Virus record (IMG/VR): IMGVR_UViG_3300005805_000191
Direction: 5' to 3' (one strand)
DNA from: a virus
Length of the DNA stretch: 39,722 bases
Both the position numbers and the translations under genes were made by a program. The notes beneath the pieces were generated by a model. It made no database searches. It saw nothing but the letters and a program-made list of their open reading frames with translations, and was not told the origin of the DNA. Within the stretch, counting starts at the first letter, position 1. Each line of letters begins with the position of its first letter. This document shows positions 1 through 9,323 of this stretch, in pieces.

Positions 1-27
1 AGTTTTTGAATCTTGTCATGCGCGGCG
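1..27. repeat. 27-nt terminal duplication (identical to 39696..39722); assembly circularisation overlap
   Basis: AGTTTTTGAATCTTGTCATGCGCGGCG occurs at both window ends. Confidence 0.9.
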
Positions 28-185
28 AGATCGAGGCCGCGCCTGCGCAGATACAGGCGGCGAAAGCGCTGCTGCGTCTGGACGGCGGCGGCGTGAAAGC
101 CGAGCGACAGCGCGCAGCCGAGCACGTCGTCGCCGGCAAATTCAAGCCAATGCCAACGCCTCTGAAACTCATTGCAGGTGGCTGA
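1..185 (+). CDS. terS: terminase small subunit, C-terminal part (gene wraps the window junction; N-terminal part at 39608..39722)
   Basis: The frame opened by ATG 39608 runs off the window end. Because nt 39696-39722 equal nt 1-27, the same frame continues from nt 3 to TGA 183-185. This gives a 90-aa protein with a basic N-terminus (MKSKTTRGGARPGAGRPRK...) directly upstream of terL. Confidence 0.7.
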   Translation, partial: FLNLVMRGEIEAAPAQIQAAKALLRLDGGGVKAERQRAAEHVVAGKFKPMPTPLKLIAGG

Positions 186-1863
186 TCCTTGGTGGTCAAC
201 TGCCTGCCTTGACTGGCAGCGCAGGATCATTGCTGGAGAGTCGCTGATCCAGTTCTCGCCGCTTTACCCCGCCAAAGCTGAAGAGGCGCTGCGGTACTTC
301 GACGAATTGCGCGTTGTGGATATGGCAGGCAGCCCTCGCATGGGGGATGCAGCGCGACCGTGGGTGCGCGATGTCGTGGCGTCGATTTTTGGAGCCTTCG
401 ATCCAGAGACGGGACGTCGGGCTATCCGAGAGGCCCTGCTGCTGATAGCGAAAAAGAACGGAAAGAGCACGGTCGCCGCAGCGATCATGATTACGGCGCT
501 GCTGCTGAATTGGCGGAAATCCGCCGAGATGGGCATACTGGCTCCGACACTCGAGGTCGCCAATAATGCCTGGGCACCCGCGCGTGACATGATCCGCGTC
601 GATCCTGAACTGTCCGACCTGCTTGCCGTGCAGGATCACATCCGCACGATCACGCACCGGACGACGGGTGCCAAGCTGCAAGTAGTGGCCGCCGACAGCG
701 AGACGGTTGCCGGGAAGAAGTGGTCGATCACGCTGGTCGATGAACTCTGGCTGTTCGGCAAACGTCCGAACGCGCACAGGATGCTGCTTGAGGCGACCGG
801 CGGCATGGCGAGCCGGCCCGAGGGTTTTGTCCTGTATTTGTCGACGCAGTCGGACGAAGCGCCAAGCGGCGTGTTCCGCGAAAAACTGCTGTATGCGCGC
901 GGCGTGCGAGACGGACGCATTGTTGACCCAGAGTTTTTGCCCGTGCTGTACGAATTTCCGCCCTCGATGCTGGCGGACAAATCGTACATGGACGAGGCCA
1001 ACTGGCGCATCACGAATCCGAATCTGGGTGCCAGCGTTGACGCCGGTTACATCCGGAGAAAGCTGCGCGAGGCGGAAGAAGGGTCTGGCGCGACGCTGCA
1101 AGACGTGCTGGCCAAGCATCTGAACGTCGAGATTGGCCTCGCGCTGGCGCACAACCGTTGGGCCGGAGCCGACTACTGGGAGCAGCAGCGAGTAGACGGA
1201 GGGCTGACGCTGGAGCAGGTGATCCAGCGCAGCGAAGTGCTGACCGTTGGGATCGACGGCGGCGGCCTGGACGACCTGCTCGGGCTAGCCGTTGTAGGGC
1301 GCGACGCGCAAACCCGCGAGTGGTTGCTGTGGACGCGCGCGTGGGCGCATCACGTGGCGCTTGAGCGCCGCAAAAGCGAGTCGTCGCGGATGCGTGACTT
1401 TGAGCAAGACGGAGATTTGCGCGTTGTGGATCGCATCGGCGACGACGTGGCAGAGGTCGCTGCGACCGTCGCGCAAGTACACGAGAGCGGGAAACTGGAT
1501 CGGATCGGAGCAGATCCCGCCGGAATCGGAGCAATCGTCGATGCAATCGTTGCGGAGGGCGTCGAGCAGGATCGGATCGTAGGGATATCGCAAGGCTGGA
1601 AAATGACTGGAGCCATCAAGACCACGGAGCGCAAGCTCGCCGAGCGCGCGCTGTGGCACGGCGGCCAGCGGCTGATGCAATGGTGCGTAGGCAACGCCAA
1701 AGTCGAGCCGAGAGGTAATGCAGTGACGATCACAAAGCAAGCGGCAGGAACGGCGAAGATCGACCCGCTCATGGCGACTTTCAATGCGGTATCTTTGATG
1801 GGGCTGAATCCGGCAGGCGGTGCGTCGCTTGACAGCATCATCAATTCTCCGATCAGCGCATGA
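172..1863 (+). CDS. terL: terminase large subunit
   Basis: 563-aa ORF. It has a P-loop-like LLIAKKNGKST, a typical Terminase_1-like N-terminus (DWQRRII...FDEL) and a C-terminal nuclease-like half. It sits before the portal gene. Start is TTG 172 or GTG 178, uncertain. Confidence 0.9.
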   Translation: MQVADPWWSTACLDWQRRIIAGESLIQFSPLYPAKAEEALRYFDELRVVDMAGSPRMGDAARPWVRDVVASIFGAFDPETGRRAIREALLLIAKKNGKSTVAAAIMITALLLNWRKSAEMGILAPTLEVANNAWAPARDMIRVDPELSDLLAVQDHIRTITHRTTGAKLQVVAADSETVAGKKWSITLVDELWLFGKRPNAHRMLLEATGGMASRPEGFVLYLSTQSDEAPSGVFREKLLYARGVRDGRIVDPEFLPVLYEFPPSMLADKSYMDEANWRITNPNLGASVDAGYIRRKLREAEEGSGATLQDVLAKHLNVEIGLALAHNRWAGADYWEQQRVDGGLTLEQVIQRSEVLTVGIDGGGLDDLLGLAVVGRDAQTREWLLWTRAWAHHVALERRKSESSRMRDFEQDGDLRVVDRIGDDVAEVAATVAQVHESGKLDRIGADPAGIGAIVDAIVAEGVEQDRIVGISQGWKMTGAIKTTERKLAERALWHGGQRLMQWCVGNAKVEPRGNAVTITKQAAGTAKIDPLMATFNAVSLMGLNPAGGASLDSIINSPISA

Positions 1864-3107
1864 GCTTTCTGACAACTTTTTCGCGCTGGTTCGGGCGTAG
1901 TGCCGTACTTGCGGATCGCACCGGCGATCAGCTCGTGTTGCCGTCGGCGACCCTTGTCGAGAACACCCAGCCGCTCGGGCCTGACTCGGCACTGCAGTTA
2001 TCGACGGTGTACCGCTGCGTCGATCTGCTCAGCAAGACCATAAGCACGCTCCCGCTGTTCGTGTACGAGCGCGACAGTACTGGCCAACGCCGCCTCGCGC
2101 GCAACACGATTCTGTGGTCGCTGATGCACGATGCGCCCAACGCCAGCTCAACCGCATCCGAGTTCTGGGGCGCGATGGTGCTCAATTTTCTCCTGCGCGG
2201 CAATGCCTACGCGCGGGTGCAGCGCAACGACCGCGGCGACCCTGTGGCGCTGTGGCCCATGTCCTCGGAACAGGTAGTGCCTTACATCGACCCGGAAACT
2301 GGAGTTCTGTTTTACGAGTATCAGCGAAACACCGAGCGCTGGCTGCTGCCCGATGAAGAAGTTTTGCATGTGCGCGACACCGGCAACGGCATCGTCGGCC
2401 TTTCGCGGATTGACTTCATGCGCGCCAGCATCAACGAATCCGCGCGCGGCCAGGCTCAAGCAACGCGCCTGTTTGCGAACGGCAACAAGCCTACCGGTGT
2501 GCTGATGGTGCCCGCCAAGCTGAGTGACGATCAGCGCGCGCGCCTGCGGCAAAACTTTGGTGAGATCGCCTCGGGACTTGAGTCTCGGCTTTTTATTCTT
2601 GAAGCTGACATGAAATACCAGCCGATCAGCCTTTCGCCCAATGATGTGCAACTGCTGGAAACGCGCCGCTTCAGCATCGAGGAAATCTGCCGCTGGTTTG
2701 GCGTTCCGCCTGTACTGGTCGGCCACAGCAATGTTACGACCTGGGGCAGTGGCATCGAGCAGATTCTTGACGGCTTTCATAAACTGACGGTGCGGCCCAT
2801 GCTTACCGTGATCGAGCAAGCCATCGCGCGCCGCGTGCTCACACCAGCGATGCGCAGTAGATACACCGTTGAGTTCAGTTTTGACGCCCTGCTGCGCGCC
2901 AATATCAGAGACCGCATGGAGGTCTACGCCAAAGCGGTGCAAAACGGCATCATGACCCGCAACGAAGCGCGCCAGTTAGAGAATTTGCCGCCAGTAGACG
3001 GCGGCAAAGTCGCTACCGCTCAAAGCAATCTTGCCCCCCTGCACATGCTTGGGCAAGTCGTATCCAAAGGAGCCACTAATGCTTCGCAAGACCCTGTCTC
3101 TCAGTGA
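1860..3107 (+). CDS. portal protein, HK97 family
   Basis: 415 aa. ATGA overlap with terL. Sequence resembles HK97-type portals (YRCVDLLSKTISTLPL..., GVPPVLVG). Position fits. Confidence 0.9.
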   Translation: MSFLTTFSRWFGRSAVLADRTGDQLVLPSATLVENTQPLGPDSALQLSTVYRCVDLLSKTISTLPLFVYERDSTGQRRLARNTILWSLMHDAPNASSTASEFWGAMVLNFLLRGNAYARVQRNDRGDPVALWPMSSEQVVPYIDPETGVLFYEYQRNTERWLLPDEEVLHVRDTGNGIVGLSRIDFMRASINESARGQAQATRLFANGNKPTGVLMVPAKLSDDQRARLRQNFGEIASGLESRLFILEADMKYQPISLSPNDVQLLETRRFSIEEICRWFGVPPVLVGHSNVTTWGSGIEQILDGFHKLTVRPMLTVIEQAIARRVLTPAMRSRYTVEFSFDALLRANIRDRMEVYAKAVQNGIMTRNEARQLENLPPVDGGKVATAQSNLAPLHMLGQVVSKGATNASQDPVSQ

Positions 3108-3765
3108 CGCGCAGGTCAAGTTTGCTGACGATGGCGGCGGCAAATTTGCTGGCTACGCCTCCGTTTTCGGCGGCGTAGACTCGTATGGCGACACCATCTT
3201 GCGCGGAGCCTATGAGTACACGCTGAAGAACCACGGCAAGCCCAAGATGTTCGTCAATCACGACAGCATGGGCCTGCCTGTCGGAAAGTGGATCGTCGCC
3301 AAGGAAGACGACCACGGCCTGTACGTCGAGGGCGAGTTCACCCCCAACATGGCGCGTGCAGAAGAAACGCGCGCCTCGCTCAAGCACGGAACCGTCGATG
3401 GCTTGTCCATCGGCTACGTGCTAAAGAAGGGCGACTACGACGAAATGGAAGACGGCAAGCGCGTGATTCGCCGCGTGAGCCGTTTGTTTGAGGTCTCCGT
3501 GGTCACGTTCCCCGCAGATCAAGCCGCGCGCGTTGACCTTGCCAGCGTAAAGAATGATGAGGTCGAGGCTATCGAGACCGTTAGAGATTTTGAGTACTTC
3601 TTGCGGGATGCAGGCGGGCTCAGCAAAGGGCTGGCGATAGCGCTTGTCAGCCGCGCTCGAGTGCTGTTCGGGACGGGGGATCCGGCTTCGGACGACACGC
3701 AAGCGAAAGCTGCGCAAGAAGTGCAGGCCATGTTTCAACGGATGCAGCAGCGCCTTAATCCCTGA
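3079..3765 (+). CDS. prohead maturation protease, HK97 (S78/U35) family
   Basis: ATG 3079 preceded by AAAGGAG. N-terminus MLRKTLSL...FAGYASVFGGVDSYGDTILRGAY is typical of HK97 prohead proteases. Lies between portal and capsid. Confidence 0.85.
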   Translation: MLRKTLSLSDAQVKFADDGGGKFAGYASVFGGVDSYGDTILRGAYEYTLKNHGKPKMFVNHDSMGLPVGKWIVAKEDDHGLYVEGEFTPNMARAEETRASLKHGTVDGLSIGYVLKKGDYDEMEDGKRVIRRVSRLFEVSVVTFPADQAARVDLASVKNDEVEAIETVRDFEYFLRDAGGLSKGLAIALVSRARVLFGTGDPASDDTQAKAAQEVQAMFQRMQQRLNP

Positions 3766-3801
3766 TCCATAACCACTCCCAAACCCAAAGGAAATACAGA
3801 A

Positions 3802-4965
3802 ATGGATATGTCAAACATCATCAAGGAAATCGGTGCTCTCGAAGCAAAGCTCAACAGCTACGCAGAGAAAGCCCAGCAAGAGATCAAGGCCGCCGGCTCT
3901 GCGTCGGTGGAGACCAAGAACGCCATTGAATCGCTCACCACCTACCAGCGCGAGATCGCTGACCGCCTGCTGATGCTCGAGCAAAAGCAAGGTGCGCCGC
4001 GCGGAGAGGAGAAAGTCGTACAGAGCATGGGGCTCGAGTTCACCTCGACAGAGCAATACAAAGCGTTTGTCGGCGGCCAGGTGCGCACCGTGCGCATTGA
4101 ACTGAAGAACACCACCGTCGGCAGCGACGCTACGGTCGCACCCGACCGCCGTCCTGGCGTCACCAGCGGTGCGTTTCGCCGGTTCCTGGTCGAGTCCGCC
4201 ATGAACGCGCTGCCGACAACCAGCAACGCTGTCGAGTTCACTCGCGAGGCCACGTTTGTCAACGCCGCGGCGGAGACGGCGGAATCCAGCGCCAAGCCCG
4301 AGACCGATATCACGTTCAACCTGCAGACCGCGCCCGTGCGCACCGTCGCGCACTGGACTCGCATCAGCCGTCAACTTGCGGCTGACGCGCCTGCTGTGGC
4401 CGCGTACATTTCCACGCGCATGCGCTACGGCGTCGATCTGCGAGTCGAGAACCAGCTAATCAACGGCAACGGCAGCGGTGCCAACCTGTCCGGCATTTTC
4501 AACACCGGCAACTTCACCCCGCACGGCTACACCGCCGCCAACATGACCGCGTGGGTCGGCAACGCGCAGCGGTTCGATTTGATCCGCCGCGTGATTGGTG
4601 ACCTGCAGGCTGCCGATTACCCGCCCAACGTTATCCTGCTCAACCCCGTCGACTGGGCGGTGATCGAGGCGCTCAAGGACTCGCAGGGCCGGTACCTGCT
4701 TGGCAACCCCGGCAGCGCCGCAGCGCCGGCCATCTGGGGTATCCCGGTCATCCCGACCAACGCTGTCACCGCCGACACGTTCCTGGTCGCCGCGCTCGAC
4801 ATGGCTGCCACGATCTACAACCGTGACGGCGTTTCGGTGGCGCTGTCCGAGGAAGACGCCTCCAACTTCACCACCAACCTTGTCACCATCCGCGCCGAGA
4901 GGAGACTGGCGCTTGCCATCGAGCGCCCGGCGGCTATTCGTGGCGGCGACCTGACCCCGGCCTAA
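3802..4965 (+). CDS. major capsid protein, HK97 family
   Basis: 387 aa. N-terminal coiled-coil delta-domain-like segment followed by an HK97-fold-like body (LVTIRAERRLALAIERPAAI). Position after the protease. Confidence 0.9.
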   Translation: MDMSNIIKEIGALEAKLNSYAEKAQQEIKAAGSASVETKNAIESLTTYQREIADRLLMLEQKQGAPRGEEKVVQSMGLEFTSTEQYKAFVGGQVRTVRIELKNTTVGSDATVAPDRRPGVTSGAFRRFLVESAMNALPTTSNAVEFTREATFVNAAAETAESSAKPETDITFNLQTAPVRTVAHWTRISRQLAADAPAVAAYISTRMRYGVDLRVENQLINGNGSGANLSGIFNTGNFTPHGYTAANMTAWVGNAQRFDLIRRVIGDLQAADYPPNVILLNPVDWAVIEALKDSQGRYLLGNPGSAAAPAIWGIPVIPTNAVTADTFLVAALDMAATIYNRDGVSVALSEEDASNFTTNLVTIRAERRLALAIERPAAIRGGDLTPA

Positions 4966-4987
4966 TCGGTCATCCGCATCAGCGCAG

Positions 4988-5227
4988 ATGGAGCAACGTA
5001 TGCAGCGAATCAAGTTCAAAACCACCGTGTTCAGCACCACTTTCGGCACGCTGGCTGATGGTGATCTGCTCACGTGCTCCGCTGCGCATGCGGAGCATTT
5101 TGTCGATGAGTTGAAAGTCGCCGAGCGCGTGCTGCCGGCCGCTGCTGTTGCGCCTGCGGTCGGAGAGGAACAGGACACGTCGGCAGAGTCGACAAAAGCT
5201 CGCAAGCGCGGCGGTTCCTCCAAGTAG
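4988..5227 (+). CDS. hypothetical small head-module protein
   Basis: 79-aa ORF with coding-like codon usage directly after the capsid gene. Start may be ATG 5000. Confidence 0.5.
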   Translation: MEQRMQRIKFKTTVFSTTFGTLADGDLLTCSAAHAEHFVDELKVAERVLPAAAVAPAVGEEQDTSAESTKARKRGGSSK

Positions 5228-5295
5228 CCCTGCCAGTCGCGAGCGCATCAACGGCACTAATCTTTTGCAAGCACCATTTACTTTCGCGAGGCCAT

Positions 5296-5949
5296 ATGGA
5301 TCAATTTACCGCTAACGGCAGGCAGGGCCTCGGCACTGGCTTGATCGATCTCGACACCGCCGTCCTCAAGGCTGCGCTGCTGCGCGGCTACACCTACAAC
5401 GCTGCGCACACGTTTGTCAGCGACATCACCGGCGCAGGCGGCACCCTCGTATCTACCAGCAGCGCGCTTGGCGGTGTTTCTTTTGCAGACGGCGTGCTCG
5501 ACGCCAACGATGTCACCTGGACTGCGGTTGCCGCCGGCGCTGCAATCCCTGCCATCCTGCTGTTCCAGTCCAGCGCGGTCACCGGCGGTGCAGACGTTGC
5601 TGCCACTGCCCAGCGGGTAATCGCCATTCTCGACGGTCGGTTCAGGTTCACTGTGGCCGCCGCCGCCTCCAGCGGCGCAGTGGCTGTCACGGTCGACGCG
5701 CTACAGCTCGGGATCGCAAACGGCGCAGTAGCCTCGCTTATCAGCGGCACAGGCCCCGCCACCATCACGCTTTCGTCCGCCGCGAATGCCGGCGCTCGGT
5801 CGATTACCGTTTCCGCGCTCGGCAGTGCGGCGAGCGCAGAGGCCGTGTACGAAGTCGGGTACAGCAACAGCAACCTGCCGATCACGCCGAACGGTGGCGA
5901 CATTACTGCGGCGTGGAGCAACGGCGCAAACCGCATCTTGCGAATCTAG
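5296..5949 (+). CDS. hypothetical virion-module protein (217 aa, Ala/Gly/Thr-rich)
   Basis: ORF with GAGG 4 nt upstream of the ATG. In the late operon between capsid and connector genes. No motif I can name. Confidence 0.6.
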   Translation: MDQFTANGRQGLGTGLIDLDTAVLKAALLRGYTYNAAHTFVSDITGAGGTLVSTSSALGGVSFADGVLDANDVTWTAVAAGAAIPAILLFQSSAVTGGADVAATAQRVIAILDGRFRFTVAAAASSGAVAVTVDALQLGIANGAVASLISGTGPATITLSSAANAGARSITVSALGSAASAEAVYEVGYSNSNLPITPNGGDITAAWSNGANRILRI

Positions 5950-5951
5950 CC

Positions 5952-7481
5952 ATGGCCGACAACGTCATCCTGCCCGGCAGCGGCGAACCCATCGCGACCG
6001 ACGAAATCGGAACGTCGCCGAACAACGCCCACTATCAGCGCCTCAAAATCTCCGACGGCCTAGCCGATTCAACGACGCCTATGCGCGTTCGTGAAGACAA
6101 TCCGCTGCCGACTGACGCGGGCGCAGTCGTTCGGCAAGCGCCGTGCGATATCTGGTCAGTGGGCTTTGCAAACTCCGGATCGGGCCTGCTGGCCCAAGAG
6201 TTAACGCAGCGCCGACTCGGAACCGGCATGGGAGTCACGCAGGGGTCTAGCAACCTGCTGGTTACAACCGGAACGACTGCGAACAGCGAGTTCCTGGCGC
6301 GAAGCACGGTGGCGTTCCGCGGCGCGTTCACGGCCCGCGCAAAGACGATCCTGTCGCAGCGGATCGCCAATCAGAACTTTGTCGCCATGCTTGCCGATGT
6401 GATTGGCGAAGGGCTTTCCTGCACGATCAACAGCGCAACGTCGATTACGGTCACCAAGACCGCGCACGGCCTGACTGCGGAGAACGTCGGGCAGTTCATG
6501 TTCGTGGGGGCGATCACCGGTGCCAACGGTGTGCCGGGCCGCTACGCGATTGCTTCTGTTCCGAGCGCTGACACGATCAACTTCACTGTTGCAAGCTGGC
6601 CTGCGAGTGGCAGTTGCACGGTTGACCTGTTCGGCTGGAACTACATCCGCACGCTGTACACCGGCACCACGGCCACCAACGCAGCGGTTGACGCGCAGCG
6701 GCGCGGCTGGAATAGCGGCGATACCACGGCGACGATCAACACGACTGCCTCGTCGGGTCATGTTATCCAGATGTACACGGATGGCCGCAATGTCAGCTTT
6801 TCCGACGCGACGGTCGCGTCAAGCACGACGCCGACCGTCACGACCCGCGCCAGCCGGATCGAGAACATCCCGGATGATGACGTTGATCTCTACTTCTACC
6901 TGTGGAGCTACAACGGCGCGACTGCGCCGGCCAGCACAACCACCTGGACACTTGGATTCGTTGCGGTTGAAGACACGGCCAACGCGCCCACGTTTATCGC
7001 GGGCGTGCGCCCACTGGGAGCACAAGCCGCGCTGCCGGTCAGTGTAGTCGGCACGGCCACGGTTTCATTCACGCAGCCTGCGCTGGTAGCTGGCACCGCC
7101 GCCATAGGTGACGTTGGTGTGCAATATCGGGCCAGCTCGACCGGAGCAGCCACGCTGACGAACGTCAACTGTCCGGCAACTCCAGTCGCGCAGCAGATCC
7201 GAAGCGGGGCGGGCCGCCTGGTCGGCATGGTGGTTACTAACACCGCCGCGTCGGCGCGATGGGTAAAGGTGTTCAACGCGCTGTCCGCGTCTGTCACGCC
7301 CGGAACGACATCCGCGCTGACTGAGTTTGGAATCGGGCCGAATGCGACTGTGAGGTGGCATGCGGAAGGCGGTGCAGGATTCTCGACAGGCATCACCATC
7401 ATGGTAACCGGTGGGCAGGGCCTGACAAACAACACCGCAGTTACGGCTGGCGATGTGACCGGCTTCACACTACATGCTTAA
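5952..7481 (+). CDS. hypothetical large virion-module protein (509 aa; candidate decoration or fibre protein)
   Basis: ATG 5952 lies 3 nt after the upstream stop. Thr/Ala/Gly/Val-rich, beta-like composition. N-terminus MADNVILPGSGEPIATDEIG...HYQRLKISDG. Confidence 0.6.
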   Translation: MADNVILPGSGEPIATDEIGTSPNNAHYQRLKISDGLADSTTPMRVREDNPLPTDAGAVVRQAPCDIWSVGFANSGSGLLAQELTQRRLGTGMGVTQGSSNLLVTTGTTANSEFLARSTVAFRGAFTARAKTILSQRIANQNFVAMLADVIGEGLSCTINSATSITVTKTAHGLTAENVGQFMFVGAITGANGVPGRYAIASVPSADTINFTVASWPASGSCTVDLFGWNYIRTLYTGTTATNAAVDAQRRGWNSGDTTATINTTASSGHVIQMYTDGRNVSFSDATVASSTTPTVTTRASRIENIPDDDVDLYFYLWSYNGATAPASTTTWTLGFVAVEDTANAPTFIAGVRPLGAQAALPVSVVGTATVSFTQPALVAGTAAIGDVGVQYRASSTGAATLTNVNCPATPVAQQIRSGAGRLVGMVVTNTAASARWVKVFNALSASVTPGTTSALTEFGIGPNATVRWHAEGGAGFSTGITIMVTGGQGLTNNTAVTAGDVTGFTLHA

Positions 7482-7491
7482 AGGTGCAGTA

Positions 7492-7656
7492 ATGACACTG
7501 AATCAGCTTATACAGATGGCGCAGCGCCGCATCGCGCACCTTGGAGAGCATCGCGTGAAGGCCGAACGTGTTGGTGATATTGACGCCGTGACGCGCATCG
7601 ACATGGATCTGGCCGAAACGCAGGCAACGCTGGCGCAACTGAACACGCTGGTGTAG
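7492..7656 (+). CDS. hypothetical 54-aa coiled-coil protein
   Basis: ATG 7492 after AAAGG. Heptad-like sequence MTLNQLIQMAQRRIAHLGEH...LAETQATLAQLNTLV. Confidence 0.5.
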   Translation: MTLNQLIQMAQRRIAHLGEHRVKAERVGDIDAVTRIDMDLAETQATLAQLNTLV

Positions 7657-7660
7657 TCCC

Positions 7661-8431
7661 ATGCTGCTGCTGCTGCTAAACCAGCCGGCCAGCGGCAGCA
7701 CAGCGACCGTCAATGTTGGCGCTACTGCCTCTAGGGAAGCGCCCGGCGGTGCGCAGGCTACCGCTGGAGCGGTAAGCCTTGCCGCCGGCGGCACGGCAAA
7801 CGTAGAGGCTGCTGGCGGCCTGCAGGCGACCCTTGGCGGGGTTTCGCTCGTCGTTGGTGGAACAGCCCAACGCGAGGCCGCTGGCGGCCTTGCTGCGGCG
7901 GCTGGCGCAGTCATCCTGCAAGTGGGCGGCGCTGCTGATGCTGACCGCGCTGGCGGATTAGTCGCCGCACTCGGCGGGGTGTCGCTGGAAGTCGGCGGTG
8001 CGCGCGAAGTTGAGCGTACGGGCGGCCTTGTCGCTGCGGCTGGCGTTGCCACCATGCAGGTTGGTGGATCGGCTGAGGTATCGAGCGCCGGTGGGCTGGT
8101 TGCCGCGTTTGGAGGGGCACCGCTGAATTTGGGCGGCTACGCTGAACGCGAGGGTATTGGCGGAATCGCTATCGCCGCTGGCTTGGCGGCCATCGCCATC
8201 GGCGGCGCGCGCGAGATTGAGCGTGCAGGCGGCGCGGCGGTTGCCTTGGTGTCCGTCAACTCGTTGCAGCCTGGAGGGATCGCTGATATGTCTGGTGCTG
8301 GCGGTGCAGCAATACTGCGCACTGTGATGCCTCCGGCAGGCGGCGGCGGCAGGCCGCGGGAAGAGCGTACCCGGCGGGTCATCCAGATCAACACTGCGCG
8401 CCCGGCGCAACAGAACACCGTGAGGAACTGA
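7661..8431 (+). CDS. Gly/Ala-rich tandem-repeat protein (about 8 x 23 aa)
   Basis: 256-aa ORF in operon orientation with repeat unit AGGLxAAxGGVSLxVGGxAxxER. No obvious SD. Its stop overlaps the start of the connector gene. Confidence 0.6.
   Translation: MLLLLLNQPASGSTATVNVGATASREAPGGAQATAGAVSLAAGGTANVEAAGGLQATLGGVSLVVGGTAQREAAGGLAAAAGAVILQVGGAADADRAGGLVAALGGVSLEVGGAREVERTGGLVAAAGVATMQVGGSAEVSSAGGLVAAFGGAPLNLGGYAEREGIGGIAIAAGLAAIAIGGAREIERAGGAAVALVSVNSLQPGGIADMSGAGGAAILRTVMPPAGGGGRPREERTRRVIQINTARPAQQNTVRN
7809..8330 (+). repeat. about 69-nt tandem repeat array (roughly 7.5 units in this span; about 8 counting degenerate flanking copies) inside CDS 7661..8431
   Basis: Successive units start with GCTGGCGGCCT / GCTGGCGGATT / GGCGGCCTT / GCCGGTGGGCT and so on, spaced at 66-72 nt. 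Confidence 0.8.
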
Positions 8432-8997
8432 TGGGACTCATTCGAGCATCCGGCCCTGGCAGCGAGCCTGTCACGCTGGCTGAGGCCAAGCTGCGTCTTC
8501 GCATCGACAACAACGATGAAGACGCCCTGATCGGCGCGCTCATCGCCTCTGCGCGCGAGTCTGCCGAACATGAGCTTGGCCGATCAATCATCGCCACCAC
8601 CTGGGTGCTCACGCTCGATAGATTTCCTACCAGCATTCTGCTGCCCATGCCGCGCGTTACCGATGTCACGCGTATCGACTATCTCGATGACGACGGTGTC
8701 GCGCAGATCATCAGTCCGGCGGGCTACCAACTCATCGCCGCCAGCGAGTTCGAGGCCTGGATCGAGCCGGCCTACGGCTACACCTGGCCCACCACCCGCC
8801 AGCAGCCAGAGGCAGTGAAGGTCACCTACGTGGCCGGCTGGCCCAACGCGGCTGCGGTGCCCTCCGGAATCAAGGACTGGATTTTGCTAGCGGTCGGCGA
8901 CCTGTACAACTACCGCGAGCGCAGTGCCGAAAGGCCTGCTGTGCCGCACGGTTTTGTTGCATCGCTGCTGAATCCGCACCGCGTGTGGGGCGTCTAA
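8431..8997 (+). CDS. head-tail connector (gp6-like) protein
   Basis: The N-terminus (TLAEAKLRLRIDNNDEDALIGALIASARESAEHELGRS) matches the phage gp6-like connector signature. Position fits. Confidence 0.8.
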   Translation: MGLIRASGPGSEPVTLAEAKLRLRIDNNDEDALIGALIASARESAEHELGRSIIATTWVLTLDRFPTSILLPMPRVTDVTRIDYLDDDGVAQIISPAGYQLIAASEFEAWIEPAYGYTWPTTRQQPEAVKVTYVAGWPNAAAVPSGIKDWILLAVGDLYNYRERSAERPAVPHGFVASLLNPHRVWGV

Positions 8998-9323
8998 TGC
9001 ACGCCGGCATGCTGGATCAGAGGGTGACGCTGCGAGCACCGACCGAAACGCGCGGCGCGGAATTCGGCGACCCGCAAATAGTGTGGGAGGACGTGGCTAC
9101 GGTGTGGGCTGAAGTCTCTCCGATCAGCGGTCGCGAGTACTTTTTGCAGCGCGAGCAGCAATCGCAAATATCAGTGCGCGTGCGCATCCGCTACCGCGCC
9201 GACGTTACATCCATGTGGCGTGTGCAGCACGCGGGCAAGGTGTACGAGATCGAGAGCGTCATCGACGAGCGCAGCGCAGGCGAGGAGCTGATACTGATGT
9301 GCACGGAGTATCGCAGTGGCTAG
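8997..9323 (+). CDS. head closure / head-tail adaptor protein
   Basis: ATG 8997 overlaps the upstream TAA. About 108 aa with the typical pattern RVTL...VRVRIRYRADVTSMWRV...YEIESVID. Confidence 0.75.
   Translation: MHAGMLDQRVTLRAPTETRGAEFGDPQIVWEDVATVWAEVSPISGREYFLQREQQSQISVRVRIRYRADVTSMWRVQHAGKVYEIESVIDERSAGEELILMCTEYRSG

Noticed and set aside
196-1152. Long antisense and alternative-frame ORFs overlapping recognised genes, for example 196..1152(-), 2148..2942(-), 4456..5223(-), 10901..11674(-), 11299..12045(-), 14666..15505(-), 16775..17761(-), 23184..24104(-), 36385..37626(-) and 37631..38413(-).
   Set aside because: They are Arg/Pro/Ala/Ser-rich with a low-complexity look. They lie opposite or out of frame to ORFs with clear family motifs or operon logic. 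Long spurious ORFs of this kind are expected in high-GC DNA.
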